From Naegleria gruberi (taxonomy: Eukaryota), in NCBI GenBank assembly GCA_000004985.1, contig GG738929.1: DNA of 64,000 bases; one strand, written 5' to 3'. Within the stretch, counting starts at the first letter, position 1. The number at the start of each line of letters is the position of its first letter. Made by a program: the position numbers and the translations under genes. Under the pieces are notes generated by a model. That model was not told the origin of the DNA. It did no database searches and saw only the letters and a list, made by a program, of their open reading frames with translations. This document shows positions 11,197 to 21,144 of the stretch, piece by piece.

Positions 11197-14100
11197 ATGA
11201 TTAACACAGGGAAGAGTGAGAGTCCTACATTTCGGAAAGATGCTCACTGCCCAGAGAGAAGACATGCAGTAGTAGGCGTTGATCCATTCAACAATAATTT
11301 ACAAACAAAATCTGAAACTTTCTCTTGGCTTCAAAAAGAAAATAACAAGACTGACGATAAATTCCTATTACCAAATAACAGCAGTTCTTCTACTGCAAAT
11401 GATACACATAGACTCTCTTCCGGAGATTTGGTAAATTCAATTACTGTTGAAGATGAAGGAGCAAAAAAAGTTTTGGTTGTAGATGATGATCGGGTAGCTC
11501 GTCAAGTTTTAACCAAGCTCTTGGAACAACTTGGTTTTCAAGGTATGTAATCTTCATTTGAATGTAATATGTTTATCTCTGATTGTATGACATTAATGCA
11601 TGACCTTACAACGCTCATTACATTTATGGTGTCTCTACAAAACGTACATGTAGTGAAAGCTGTCGAGGGAGGTAAACAAGCATTGGAAGTGTTAAGAGAA
11701 GAGGGTAATAATTATCATCTTCTCCTTGTAGATGTACTCATGCCTGATATGGATGGATTGCAACTGCTTAAAATTTTCAGACAAGCCTACTCTGAAGACA
11801 TGCCAATAATTAGTATGTATTTTAATGAATATGTTTTTGTTAACACGTTGGATAATAGTGGTTTCATCAAGTGAGGACCCCGATACAATTAATCAATGTT
11901 TCCAAAGTGGAGCTGAAGACTTTTTACAAAAGCCTGTTCAATTAGAAATTTTGAAAAGAAGAGTTAATATGTGTCTTGAGGACAGACTCAGACGCAGAAA
12001 AGAAAAAGCATATCAAGAAATGCTCCAAAATGAAAGAATCAATAGAAAGAAACTTACACTTCGTGTAAAGGAGCAAGAAAAGGAATTGGAAGAAATTAAG
12101 AATCAAATTAATAATACTGTAGAAACACCAATGCAGGTTGTTATGAAAACCATTGCTGATCTTATGGAAGGAAAGTATTCAATTGAAAATTCTAAGGGAG
12201 CTTTGATTGCTGTCCTTAGGTCACTAGGTTCTAAGGATTTATATAAACCAGCATTTTCCAATTTATTAAGAAAGGGAGAATTGGACGACAATACTAGAAG
12301 ATGGCTCCAAACAGAATTCATGAACGAAGGAGACAATAATGTAAATGGCAACAAATCTAACACACCAATATCTAATGAATCATCACCAACTACCGAAAAA
12401 AATTCACAACAAACTAAGGAGCAATCACAATCTTCATCAGCATCTAATCAACAAGTTTCATTATATCACAAGCAAGTTGATGATATTGTAACCAAAAACA
12501 CTTTACCAGGTGATTTAGGAAGTCATACATTTGATACTTTGAAATACTCACATGATCAATTAATCCAATTCATTGTCCAAATGTTTGAAAACTTGGGATT
12601 AATTGAAACATTCAAAATTCCACCAAAAGAACTTGTTGATTTATTAACAGTCGTAAGAGAATCATACAAACACAACCCATACCACAATTTTACTCATGCT
12701 GTAGATGTAACTCAATTTGCTTACCACCTTCTTCTTGTAGATAGAATTTCACAAATGTTTTCACCAATGGAAAAGTTTGCTCTGATGTTTTCTGCCATAA
12801 TGCACGATGTGGGACATCCTGGAGTTAACAATAACTATTTAATTAATATTAAGGATGAATTGGCTCTCATTTACAATGATGTTAGCGTGTTAGAAAATCA
12901 CCATGCATCACAAGCCTTTTACCTCCTTCTCAAACATAATATTTGCTCCAATCTTTCCAAGGATGAATTCAAAGAGTTCAGAAGACTGGTTATCAGTACA
13001 ATTTTATGTACAGACATGTCTCACCACTTTGAAATTCTCACCAAGTTCCAAACAAGACTTCAAACTGGTACGCTCTCTAAGGAAAGTAAGGAAGATAGAC
13101 TCCAACTGATGGGAGTAATTTTAAAGTGTTCTGACGTCAGTAATGCTCTCAGACCATTTGACGTTTCTGAAAAGTGGTCAAATGTCTTGTTGGAAGAATT
13201 TTTCTTACAGGGAGACAGTGAGAGAGACCGTGGATTACCAATCTCTCCTCTAATGGACAGAAGATCTGTTGACAAACCAAAGTCCCAGCTTAACTTTATT
13301 GATTACATTGCTGCACCACTTTTCAACAATTTAATCACTTATTGCTCATGCTTGAACACAACACTCGGAGAAACTTTGCAAAAAAATAGATCCTTGTGGG
13401 AAGAGAGGGCACAAGCTGCTTCGGGCATGGGAAGTAATCAACAAAAAGAAGATATTAGTAGTACCCATACAACAACAACAACAAAAAATACAATAACTAC
13501 AACAACAACAACAAAAACCTCCACTACAACAACTACAACAAATTCACAAGAAAAACCTGTACTCACTGGATCAATGCCAAGTCATTTCGCTAAAGCCAAA
13601 GGATTTACCATCCTGATTATTGATGATGAAAGTGCTCAATGTGCAAAGAAATTAGAACAACCTTTACTTTCACTTAGTTATACAGTTGTATCAACAACAT
13701 TAGCAAAAACCGAGAGTGAATTAGTCAAGTCAAAAGCAGACATTATTCTTTTAAATTACGATATTGTACAATCAACAGAATTGGTGCAAAAAATTAGATT
13801 GGTATCTCCGATTATACCTATAATTACAATTTCTTCCAATTCTGTACAAACCGATTGGTGCCAACAAAGTTTTGTAAGACCAGTAGACACTACAGCATTG
13901 ATTCACTCTGTTGAACATCATATTGAATTATCATTGGATAGGGTACAACCAATAGATTTGGAAATTGCTCTTGAGCAAACAGGTGGAGATGAGGAATTCT
14001 TGTGGGATATGTTGAATGAACTTATTGGTGCAGGAAGTGAGCAAATCGAGAAAATTAAACAATCAACAAAGACTTTGGATTGGGCATCTATGGAGCTTAA

Positions 14101-14281
14101 TTCTCACTCTCTGAAAGGTTCATCAGCACAGCTTGCTTGCAAACCATTATCGCAAGCTGCTTTATCAGTGGAAACGAGCTCTAAGAATCAAGACTCTGCA
14201 AATCTTGAACAAAAGATTGCTTTAATAGAAAAACGACTCAACGATTTAGCTAACTTTGTACAAAAACATCAGCAACAATGA
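11197..14281 (+). CDS. regA-like: RegA-like response-regulator cAMP phosphodiesterase fused to a C-terminal HPt domain: REC - class I PDE - pseudo-REC - HPt (975 aa, 3 exons)
   Basis: join(11197..11542,11654..11812,11859..14281); introns of 111 and 46 nt with GTATGT donors restore a continuous receiver domain (KKVLVVDDDRVARQVLTKLLEQLGFQ|VKAVEGGKQALEVL...LLLVDVLMPDMDGLQLLKIF...MPII|MVSSSEDPDTINQCFQSGAEDFLQKP). PDE metal-binding motifs YHNFTHAVDV and HDVGHPGVNN. Second receiver-like region FTILIIDDES...ADIILLNYDIV has Asn in place of the phospho-acceptor Asp. C-terminal HPt motif HSLKGSSAQLA. Confidence 0.85.
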
Positions 14282-14296
14282 TAAAATGTAAATTTA

Positions 14297-16339
14297 TTAC
14301 CTTATTTGAATAGTTACATCTTTTTCATAGCGGATAGAATGCTCCAAAAAAAGATGTTTTGTTTTTTCAATGTAGGCAAAGTCGGGCTTAATATTAACTC
14401 TGGAAACATAATTGCAAGCGTCCAACATAACTTCAATTCCATCACAAGTTACTTCTTCACACTCAACAATATTAATCTCTCTCAAATTTTTCAAAATGGA
14501 AACAGCATTCAAAGCCTCATCAGACAATAATGAGCACTGACTGAAGTCAATGACACGCAAATATTTACATCCTTCACATAATATTTCCACAGCATCATCA
14601 TTGAGATTTTCATTTCCACTAACAGAGAGTTCCTCTAACAAGGGAGTTGATTCAGAAAGTACAGTCATGGCTTGATTGATATCATCGACTGATTGAAGAG
14701 TTAAACATGTAACAGATTTTGATGTGAGTGCTTTTCTTAATCCTTGAGATGTATATCTTGCTTTAGATTTGAATCCTTGAATGAGGCCAAGCTTTTTTGG
14801 ACATTTCAAATACTTTCCAATATTTTCCAGAGAAACATCAGTCAACTTTTCCCAACGATTAAGGTTTAAATATTTGAGTGATGGGAATTTTTCCAACAAT
14901 ATTTGTAATCCTTCATCTGTAGCATTATAATTTGATTCACAAATAAAATGTGTAAACTTTTCATTACTAGAAACACTGTCTGCAATAACTTTGAGAACTT
15001 TGTTCGTAATTCTCAGACCCGTAGTATCGAGATGGTATAAATCACTCAAATTAGAAATTTCCTTAAGAGACTCTTCGCTAACTTGCCAGCAATTATCTAA
15101 AATAAGCTTCTTGACTGATTTACATTTCCTCAAAATGGTAGAAAGTGCCATATCATCCAAATTATCACATCGAGTTAAATTTAAATGGGTCAAATTCTTC
15201 AAAGAACCAAGTTTTTTAAATCCATTACTTTCTATGGAGTTCTCATTAAAAAGCTCTAAAGTTTTCAAACTTCCAAATTCTCCAAGATGACTACTCAAGC
15301 TGTCTTTAGAGGAGGAAATAAACTTAACATGTTTCAATGAAATTTTTGTTAAATCACAATCTTCAGACAAATCTTGCAATGATTTAAGGGTAAGGGAAGT
15401 TTCTGCATTTGTAAGTAATGTCCTAAAATGTCGTTCGCTGTTATTTGAAATGAATTTTAACATGGTTGGTGTGATTTTGTCTGATTCGATTTTCACCTTT
15501 CTCAATCTATTTGAAATGGTTTTCGAATCTTTAGGTTGTGCAACTGGTCCATGATAGGTTTTCAAATTTGGTAAAGAAAGTACATTGTTAAATTGCACTT
15601 CTTCTGTTGTAAAGGAATTTCCATCAATTTTCAAAATTTCAAGTTTTGGACAATTCTTAACAATTGAGCTTAAAACAGGGTGTGAAAAATCCTCTTCTTC
15701 AACAACAGCAACTGTTTCCTCCTCCTTCTTTGTTTTCCTCTTCTTTTTTGGTGGATTCTTTTTCACTTTCCTCTTTAAACAATTTCTAATTTCCAATCCA
15801 AGTAATATTGGTCCAAATTGTCGAGTTATTCTAATGATATCCTCTTCAGTGGCAATTTCATCCATGACAAGGTGAATGAAATGACTTTGATTTTCTCCAG
15901 CAGTGCTTAAATGTTGAGGATAATTAGGTTCATGATACCTCTTCCATATAATTTTGTGTACCTTTCCAATGATTTGCTTCTTCTTTTTCAAGGCTCTTTC
16001 TCTCTCTAGAATGTATCGGAGTGAGAGAAGGTAATCCATTGCAAAATCAGAGGCTTGTTTTGTTGCATCGTGTTGTGTTGCTTCCGATTCATCACTAAAG
16101 GCTGAAGCCACGCTTGGAGTGTCCATAATATCACCATTCAATAGAAAATCCTCTTCTTCATCAATGGGATCTCTTTCTTCATGCTCATCATGCTGATTCT
16201 CGGAAGGTGCCTCTAAGTGTTCTTGCTGTTCATCTTGATTTGAAGATAATGGTTCCATTGGACGATCATCCTCTTCATCAAATTCCAGACTTGTTGCCTC
16301 TTCCTGTTGCTCTTCTTCAGCTGATCGCTTCTTCGTCAT
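14297..16339 (-). CDS. Leucine-rich-repeat (RNI/cysteine-containing LRR) protein with acidic N-terminus and basic NLS-like patch (680 aa)
   Basis: ATG-initiated single ORF; about 12 LRRs of the LxxLxLxxCxxITD type; KKNPPKKKRKTKK stretch; stop only 15 nt from the convergent regA-like stop. Confidence 0.7.
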   Translation of the reverse strand: MTKKRSAEEEQQEEATSLEFDEEDDRPMEPLSSNQDEQQEHLEAPSENQHDEHEERDPIDEEEDFLLNGDIMDTPSVASAFSDESEATQHDATKQASDFAMDYLLSLRYILERERALKKKKQIIGKVHKIIWKRYHEPNYPQHLSTAGENQSHFIHLVMDEIATEEDIIRITRQFGPILLGLEIRNCLKRKVKKNPPKKKRKTKKEEETVAVVEEEDFSHPVLSSIVKNCPKLEILKIDGNSFTTEEVQFNNVLSLPNLKTYHGPVAQPKDSKTISNRLRKVKIESDKITPTMLKFISNNSERHFRTLLTNAETSLTLKSLQDLSEDCDLTKISLKHVKFISSSKDSLSSHLGEFGSLKTLELFNENSIESNGFKKLGSLKNLTHLNLTRCDNLDDMALSTILRKCKSVKKLILDNCWQVSEESLKEISNLSDLYHLDTTGLRITNKVLKVIADSVSSNEKFTHFICESNYNATDEGLQILLEKFPSLKYLNLNRWEKLTDVSLENIGKYLKCPKKLGLIQGFKSKARYTSQGLRKALTSKSVTCLTLQSVDDINQAMTVLSESTPLLEELSVSGNENLNDDAVEILCEGCKYLRVIDFSQCSLLSDEALNAVSILKNLREINIVECEEVTCDGIEVMLDACNYVSRVNIKPDFAYIEKTKHLFLEHSIRYEKDVTIQIR

Positions 16340-16496
16340 TCCCGAAATTTTTTAAAAATGCATAAAACACAGAATTTCGAGTTTTTGTATTTTTTTTATG
16401 GTGTGCAATTCTGAATATTGCTTTATGATTAACTGTTTACTTGAGAACAATTTCAAATTTCGACTAGTCAAGTGGTTAGGTTGATTTATGTGATGG

Positions 16497-17585
16497 TTAT
16501 TTACGAGGTGGTCTGTATCCGTGCTTGATTGCTGTTTTGAGAAGATGGGGATCTTGCTGTAGTTGTGGAGGAAGATCTGGAAAGATTTTACCATTTAATC
16601 TGAGACATGAAATAATGTTGGATTTGGGAAGAGTAAGGAGTTGAGTTGGAGAAATTTTCATGATGGCATTAGCATTCGATTTTAGCAGTAAGGTCAGTAA
16701 AATTTCCTCACTCGAGTATGTGTAATTATCTGGAAGGTGTGAAATGGTGTGAGCTTTGAAATTTGGGGAACGAATGACTGTTTCAATAACACAATCAAGT
16801 TTTTTAAATTCTGTTGGAATGTGCTTGAGAATATCTGGATAAATTTCAAGAAGTTCTAAAATGATGTCCAGTGTTTGATACTTTTTTGGGATGAATTCTA
16901 AAGCAAAAGGAGTTTGTTTGAGGGCACATTTCAATATTTCCACATCTTCCATATAATCATCAAAAAATCCAATTGTTGTTCCATCTGCCTTTACGCATTG
17001 TAAAATTTGATCTCTGGTCAACTTGGACTTATCCAAATATTGAACTATCCCAGCACCAATCATGGCATTAATGACATCTTCATTCGAATGCAATTCTACT
17101 GGAATATTTTCAGCAATAATCATTCCACGGCCATCAGAATAGTTCAATGCATTTACAATAAATTCCTTATCATATTTGAACCCCTTTGGTAAACAATAGT
17201 AGTGTGTAGGATTAAACTGAATAATTTTCATTTGAATATCTCTATGACTTAACAATGAAGAATGAAAATGAACATATAGAGAGGGATGCAATTCAAGTAT
17301 TCTCAGAGCCATTTCTTTATCAGATCTCACTCTCTCAGACGCATACTCGTATGATTTGGGTTCCATTTCAATTATTATCCAAATAAAATCCAAATTATCA
17401 TCAAATCTACTTTTAAGAGTATTCAAAATTGGTCTATATAAAAAACATTCCACATATTTAGAATTTAACAATGCATCCAGAGCTTGCTTATCCTCAAACC
17501 AGTCATACCAATCCTTAATTATTCCAAGAATAGACCTATCATACCTGAGAGCTGTCAAACACAGATCGTGATCATTCCTAAGCAA
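16497..17585 (-). CDS. DUF4116-like repeat protein fragment (362 aa; TTG-start in the ORF track, no in-frame ATG)
   Basis: Repeats resembling DUF4116 (e.g. DKEFIVNALNYSDGRGMIIAENIPVELHSNEDVINAMIGAGIVQYL); frame is open 15 codons upstream but lacks ATG; immediately follows ORF 17591-18136 in another frame. Confidence 0.4.
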   Translation of the reverse strand: MLRNDHDLCLTALRYDRSILGIIKDWYDWFEDKQALDALLNSKYVECFLYRPILNTLKSRFDDNLDFIWIIIEMEPKSYEYASERVRSDKEMALRILELHPSLYVHFHSSLLSHRDIQMKIIQFNPTHYYCLPKGFKYDKEFIVNALNYSDGRGMIIAENIPVELHSNEDVINAMIGAGIVQYLDKSKLTRDQILQCVKADGTTIGFFDDYMEDVEILKCALKQTPFALEFIPKKYQTLDIILELLEIYPDILKHIPTEFKKLDCVIETVIRSPNFKAHTISHLPDNYTYSSEEILLTLLLKSNANAIMKISPTQLLTLPKSNIISCLRLNGKIFPDLPPQLQQDPHLLKTAIKHGYRPPRK

Positions 17586-17590
17586 CTTGA

Positions 17591-18136
17591 TTAATTGTTC
17601 AGTAAAAACTCCTCTCCAACTAAACTCTTAACAATTTCAGTTTCATTAATAACTAATTTCAAATCAAGTCTTGCCAATATATTTCTATTCATCGTATCCA
17701 TTCTCAACAAATCATTCAATAATGTTTCTTTCATTGATTTTGGTAATATGAAATAATATTCCAAATCTACTTTTAACAATTCCAAAGCTTTATCTCTATT
17801 GTGAATATTTAATTGAGTTAAACGCAAATAATTAATTAGATTTTTGCAGTAAATTAACTCTTCCTTATTGAATGTTGTAAAATGTTTATAAACAATTAGC
17901 ACGTGACGGGAAATGGAAATTAATTCCTTGACAAAATTTAAATCATCAATTACATCATCATTCAATTTGTAATTCTCCAGAAACGAAATTCTACTGTTTT
18001 GATCGATACATTCTTCTAAATCGGAGAGAAATTCAATTTGTTCGATTCTTTTTCGTTGCGTGTATGAAAAGAAAGATCGTAAATGATTACATGATGAAAA
18101 ATCTATCAATTCCAACACCACTTCATGTTCTGCCAT
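17591..18136 (-). CDS. Hypothetical protein (181 aa), probable N-terminal part of the downstream DUF4116-like gene
   Basis: ATG ORF ends 5 nt before the 16497-17585 ORF begins in a different frame; junction contains a T5 run (GAGTTTTTACTG). Confidence 0.35.
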   Translation of the reverse strand: MAEHEVVLELIDFSSCNHLRSFFSYTQRKRIEQIEFLSDLEECIDQNSRISFLENYKLNDDVIDDLNFVKELISISRHVLIVYKHFTTFNKEELIYCKNLINYLRLTQLNIHNRDKALELLKVDLEYYFILPKSMKETLLNDLLRMDTMNRNILARLDLKLVINETEIVKSLVGEEFLLNN

Positions 18137-18263
18137 TTTTTAATTGGAGTTCCGTGTTACTATCCTTGTTGTACTCAGTACTAATAATGATCTGATAGAT
18201 ACTTTTTGTAAGATTGGAAAGATAAGAGAAACAATGTTGAAATTACCAAAGTTAACAATCAAT

Positions 18264-19703
18264 TTAATCAATTTGTCTTCTGAGATATGGCAAAGCAATT
18301 CTGAAGAGCTTTTCATAATCAATCTTATCAGCTTCTTCGTCCCAGTTGTTATTAATATAACCCTTAACACCTTCCTTCAAATATGGGAGAGCAGCACGCA
18401 AAATTTCCTTGAATTTGATTTCAGCATCAGCTTCTTCTTGGTATTCAGCAGAAGCAGAAACGAGGTTCTTAAGATATTCCTTACCAGTCTTCTTGAGTTC
18501 ATCACGAACAACCTTCCAGATCTTCTTCAAGAACTTGTCAGATTGTGGCATATCTTCCAATGGAATACCGAATTGAGAGGTCAAATAAGCCTTACCCAAA
18601 CCCTTAGCAATACCAACGGCCTTCTTGAAGATCTTACCGAGCTTGAGGTCAGACATTTCTTCATTTTGGTCCCAGTTGTTGTTAATATATTCCTTAACAC
18701 CAGACTTGATGTATGGCAAAACCTTCTTCCAGATCTTACCTAACTTGAGCTTTTGAGCATCAGCAGCAGAGTCAAAGTTTTGGTTGACATATGACTTGAC
18801 AGCACCCTTTCCGATATCCTTAACAACCTTCCAGACCTTACCCCAGAATTTGTCAGACAATTCCATTTCTTCATCCCAGTTTTGATTGACATAATCCTTG
18901 GCAGCATTCTTTCCGATATCCTTAACAACCTTCCAGATTGAACTGAAAAACTTTTTATCAGCTTCTTCGTCGAAATTGTTAGCAATGTAGTTCTTAACAC
19001 CAGCCTTGATGTATGGCAAAATGGTCTTGATGACTTCAGACCACTTCTTGTCAGCCATTTCTTCAGCATCCCAGTTGTTATTAATATATTGTTTAGCACC
19101 TTCCTTCAAGTATGGGAGAACAGCCTTGAACAATTTACCCAATTTGAGATCAGCTTCTTCTTCTGGAATTTCATCCCAGTTCTTGTTGACGTAATCCTTG
19201 ATGGCAGCTGTTGGTAAATATTTGATAGGTAAAGATTATCGATACAGAGGTGATGATATCGAGATTCGAATAAAATTGTTATTAGAATCGAATAGTGACA
19301 GAAGATCAGAATCATCGGTTAAAAATAATTTCCAGTCCACAAAACGATATCATTGATGATAATATCAAATAAACAATAACCAGTTATCCTCATCATTTTC
19401 ATATTACTACTTACCCTTTCCAATTTCACCGACAACCTTCAAAGCCTTCTTCCAGAATGACTTGTCAGCCAATTCTTCATCAGTCAAAATGTAGTTAGCA
19501 GGAGTACGAATCAATCTCTTGATGAGAGCAGGGGAAAGAACCAAATCAGCTTGTTCTTCAACAACAGCTGGTTGTTGTTTCAAGAAATTCTTGAAGAAAA
19601 TTGACAATTCTTGATCAGCTTGTTCAGTAACTTGAGCAGAGACTGCAATAGTTGCGAACAAGGCGACGAGCAAGAGAGCAAGTAATTGCTTGGAAACGTT
19701 CAT
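18264..19703 (-). CDS. Secreted Lys/Trp-rich tandem-repeat protein (410 aa, 2 exons)
   Basis: join(complement(19415..19703),complement(18264..19207)); signal peptide MNVSKQLLALLLVALFATIAVSA; 207-nt intron (GTAAGT...AACAG) in phase 1; second exon has about 8 degenerate repeats of roughly 36 aa (consensus ~ KIWKKVLPYIKSGVKEYINNNWDxxEE) with acidic spacers. Confidence 0.6.
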
Positions 19704-20280
19704 GTTCGTTGATTGTTTTTTTTTTAGATGATGAAAATTTGAAAGGAGCGTGATTGGCACTTTTTGAATGAAAGATTGTAATCAGCATAAATAAACATTG
19801 GAATCAAGAAGTCGTACATGGATAGTTATAATAACTACAAAAGATTTTAACAACCTACAATGTTGGGACTATGTTGGATTGGTATGACCTGTTTTGTTGG
19901 ATTCGTGTTAGGTCAAAGAGATTCGTGCTGTGGCTCTGAAGTTAATGGTTGCATTTCCCTGTTTTAGAGCAAATACACAACATTTCATCATTATAATCTG
20001 AAGGAGTTATTGTTTACAAAATATTGACCTCATAATATCAACATTGGTTTGTACATTATCAATTATCTGATGAAAATATTGAGATTGGTTCCTAATCATC
20101 ATATTATAATGATACTAAATACTAATGGTGCATCCAACTAACTTTTAACTTACTGAGTTTCATAAATTAATAGGTATGAATCTTTGGGATTATTTCTAAG
20201 AATCACAGGTAATAGATATCTTTTAAATTTCCTTGTTTGCAATTACTGATTGAATTGCAAATATTCTTGTTAACAACAGG

Positions 20281-20945
20281 GAGAAACAAAAACATCTTCC
20301 TTGTCTGAAAGAATTAGCTCAATGGCACTTCTGACATCTTCCTTGTTTGTTGTATTAATAATGTGATAGGTACAAATACTCTCCCTTGATGCAGTATCTA
20401 ACGCTTCATCCACTCTTGAAGTTTCATCAAGCAACATTGATTAAATTCAGAAAGAGAGGCCATTAGAATGACAATATTTAAATTACCATATGAACGATTC
20501 CAGTTGCCTCTTTCATGCATGTTTACTCCAAAAATATCTATAAATTGAATCTTGTTCAAATCTTTCTGGATGGAATGAAAGAACATTGGGTTTTGAATAG
20601 AACTTGGATCAAAGATTGTTTCAGAGCTAATTTTCATAATAATCTCTTCTTAATTTTCAAATAATTGATTTTCATCTTTATTCCATTTCGATTCAATTTC
20701 TTTTTGCATTTTCCATCTCTCCCACATAATTGAGCATGAAAAATATAAACTTGATTCAAAACTTTCTCTTGTGAGACAATTAGTTTTTTCATTGGAAATA
20801 ATCCTTGTAAGCCATGGAAAAATGTTGTTTTTCCAACAGAATACGTTCCTATAATAATGGCCTTAGCGAGTTTCTTGTCATTACCTCTGCAAATATTTTG
20901 ATAGATGGAATGAAGAGTGAGAGGTTCCCATTTTTTAATAAACAA
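20281..20945 (-). pseudogene. Arf/Arl-family-like small GTPase in three frame-disrupted pieces (pseudogene, unresolved introns or assembly indels)
   Basis: Piece 1 (20945-20634) has P-loop KAIIIGTYSVGKTTFFHGLQ. Piece 2 (20637-20398) has switch/G3 region IQFIDIFGVNMHERGNW...NIVILMASLSEF (Arf-like DVGGQ...RPLW spacing). A third frame (about 20405-20295) continues DEALDTASRESICTYHIINTTNKEDV (G4 NKxD) and ends ...VSPCC. No canonical GT-AG intron joins the pieces. Confidence 0.35.
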
Positions 20946-20987
20946 ATTGATTTTTACATGTAAGGAAATTGTTTAAAAAGATTATTA

Positions 20988-21062
20988 ACCCGCTACCAGG
21001 ACTTGAACCTGGATCATGCGGAATGAATAAGTCGCATATTCTAACCATTGAACTACAGCGGG
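20988..21062 (-). tRNA. tRNA gene with enlarged anticodon region (identity unresolved)
   Basis: Minus strand CCCGCTGTAGTTCAATGGTTAGAATATGCGACTTATTCATTCCGCATGATCCAGGTTCAAGTCCTGGTAGCGGG: perfect 7-bp acceptor stem, D-arm GTTC/GAAT, T-arm CCAGG-TTCAAGT-CCTGG; anticodon stem ATGCG/CGCAT encloses 12 nt (ACTTATTCATTC). Confidence 0.55.
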
Positions 21063-21144
21063 TTGTGTAAATTATCTAAAAATATAATCATGATCAGCAT
21101 ACGCTTACAAATAAAAACATACCGAATGCAATGTTTATTGAAAA

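Noticed and set aside
13440-13560. ACA/ACT-rich trinucleotide run
   Set aside because: It is a Thr-rich coding linker inside the regA-like gene (TTTTTKNTITTTTTTKTS), not a DNA satellite or repeat element.
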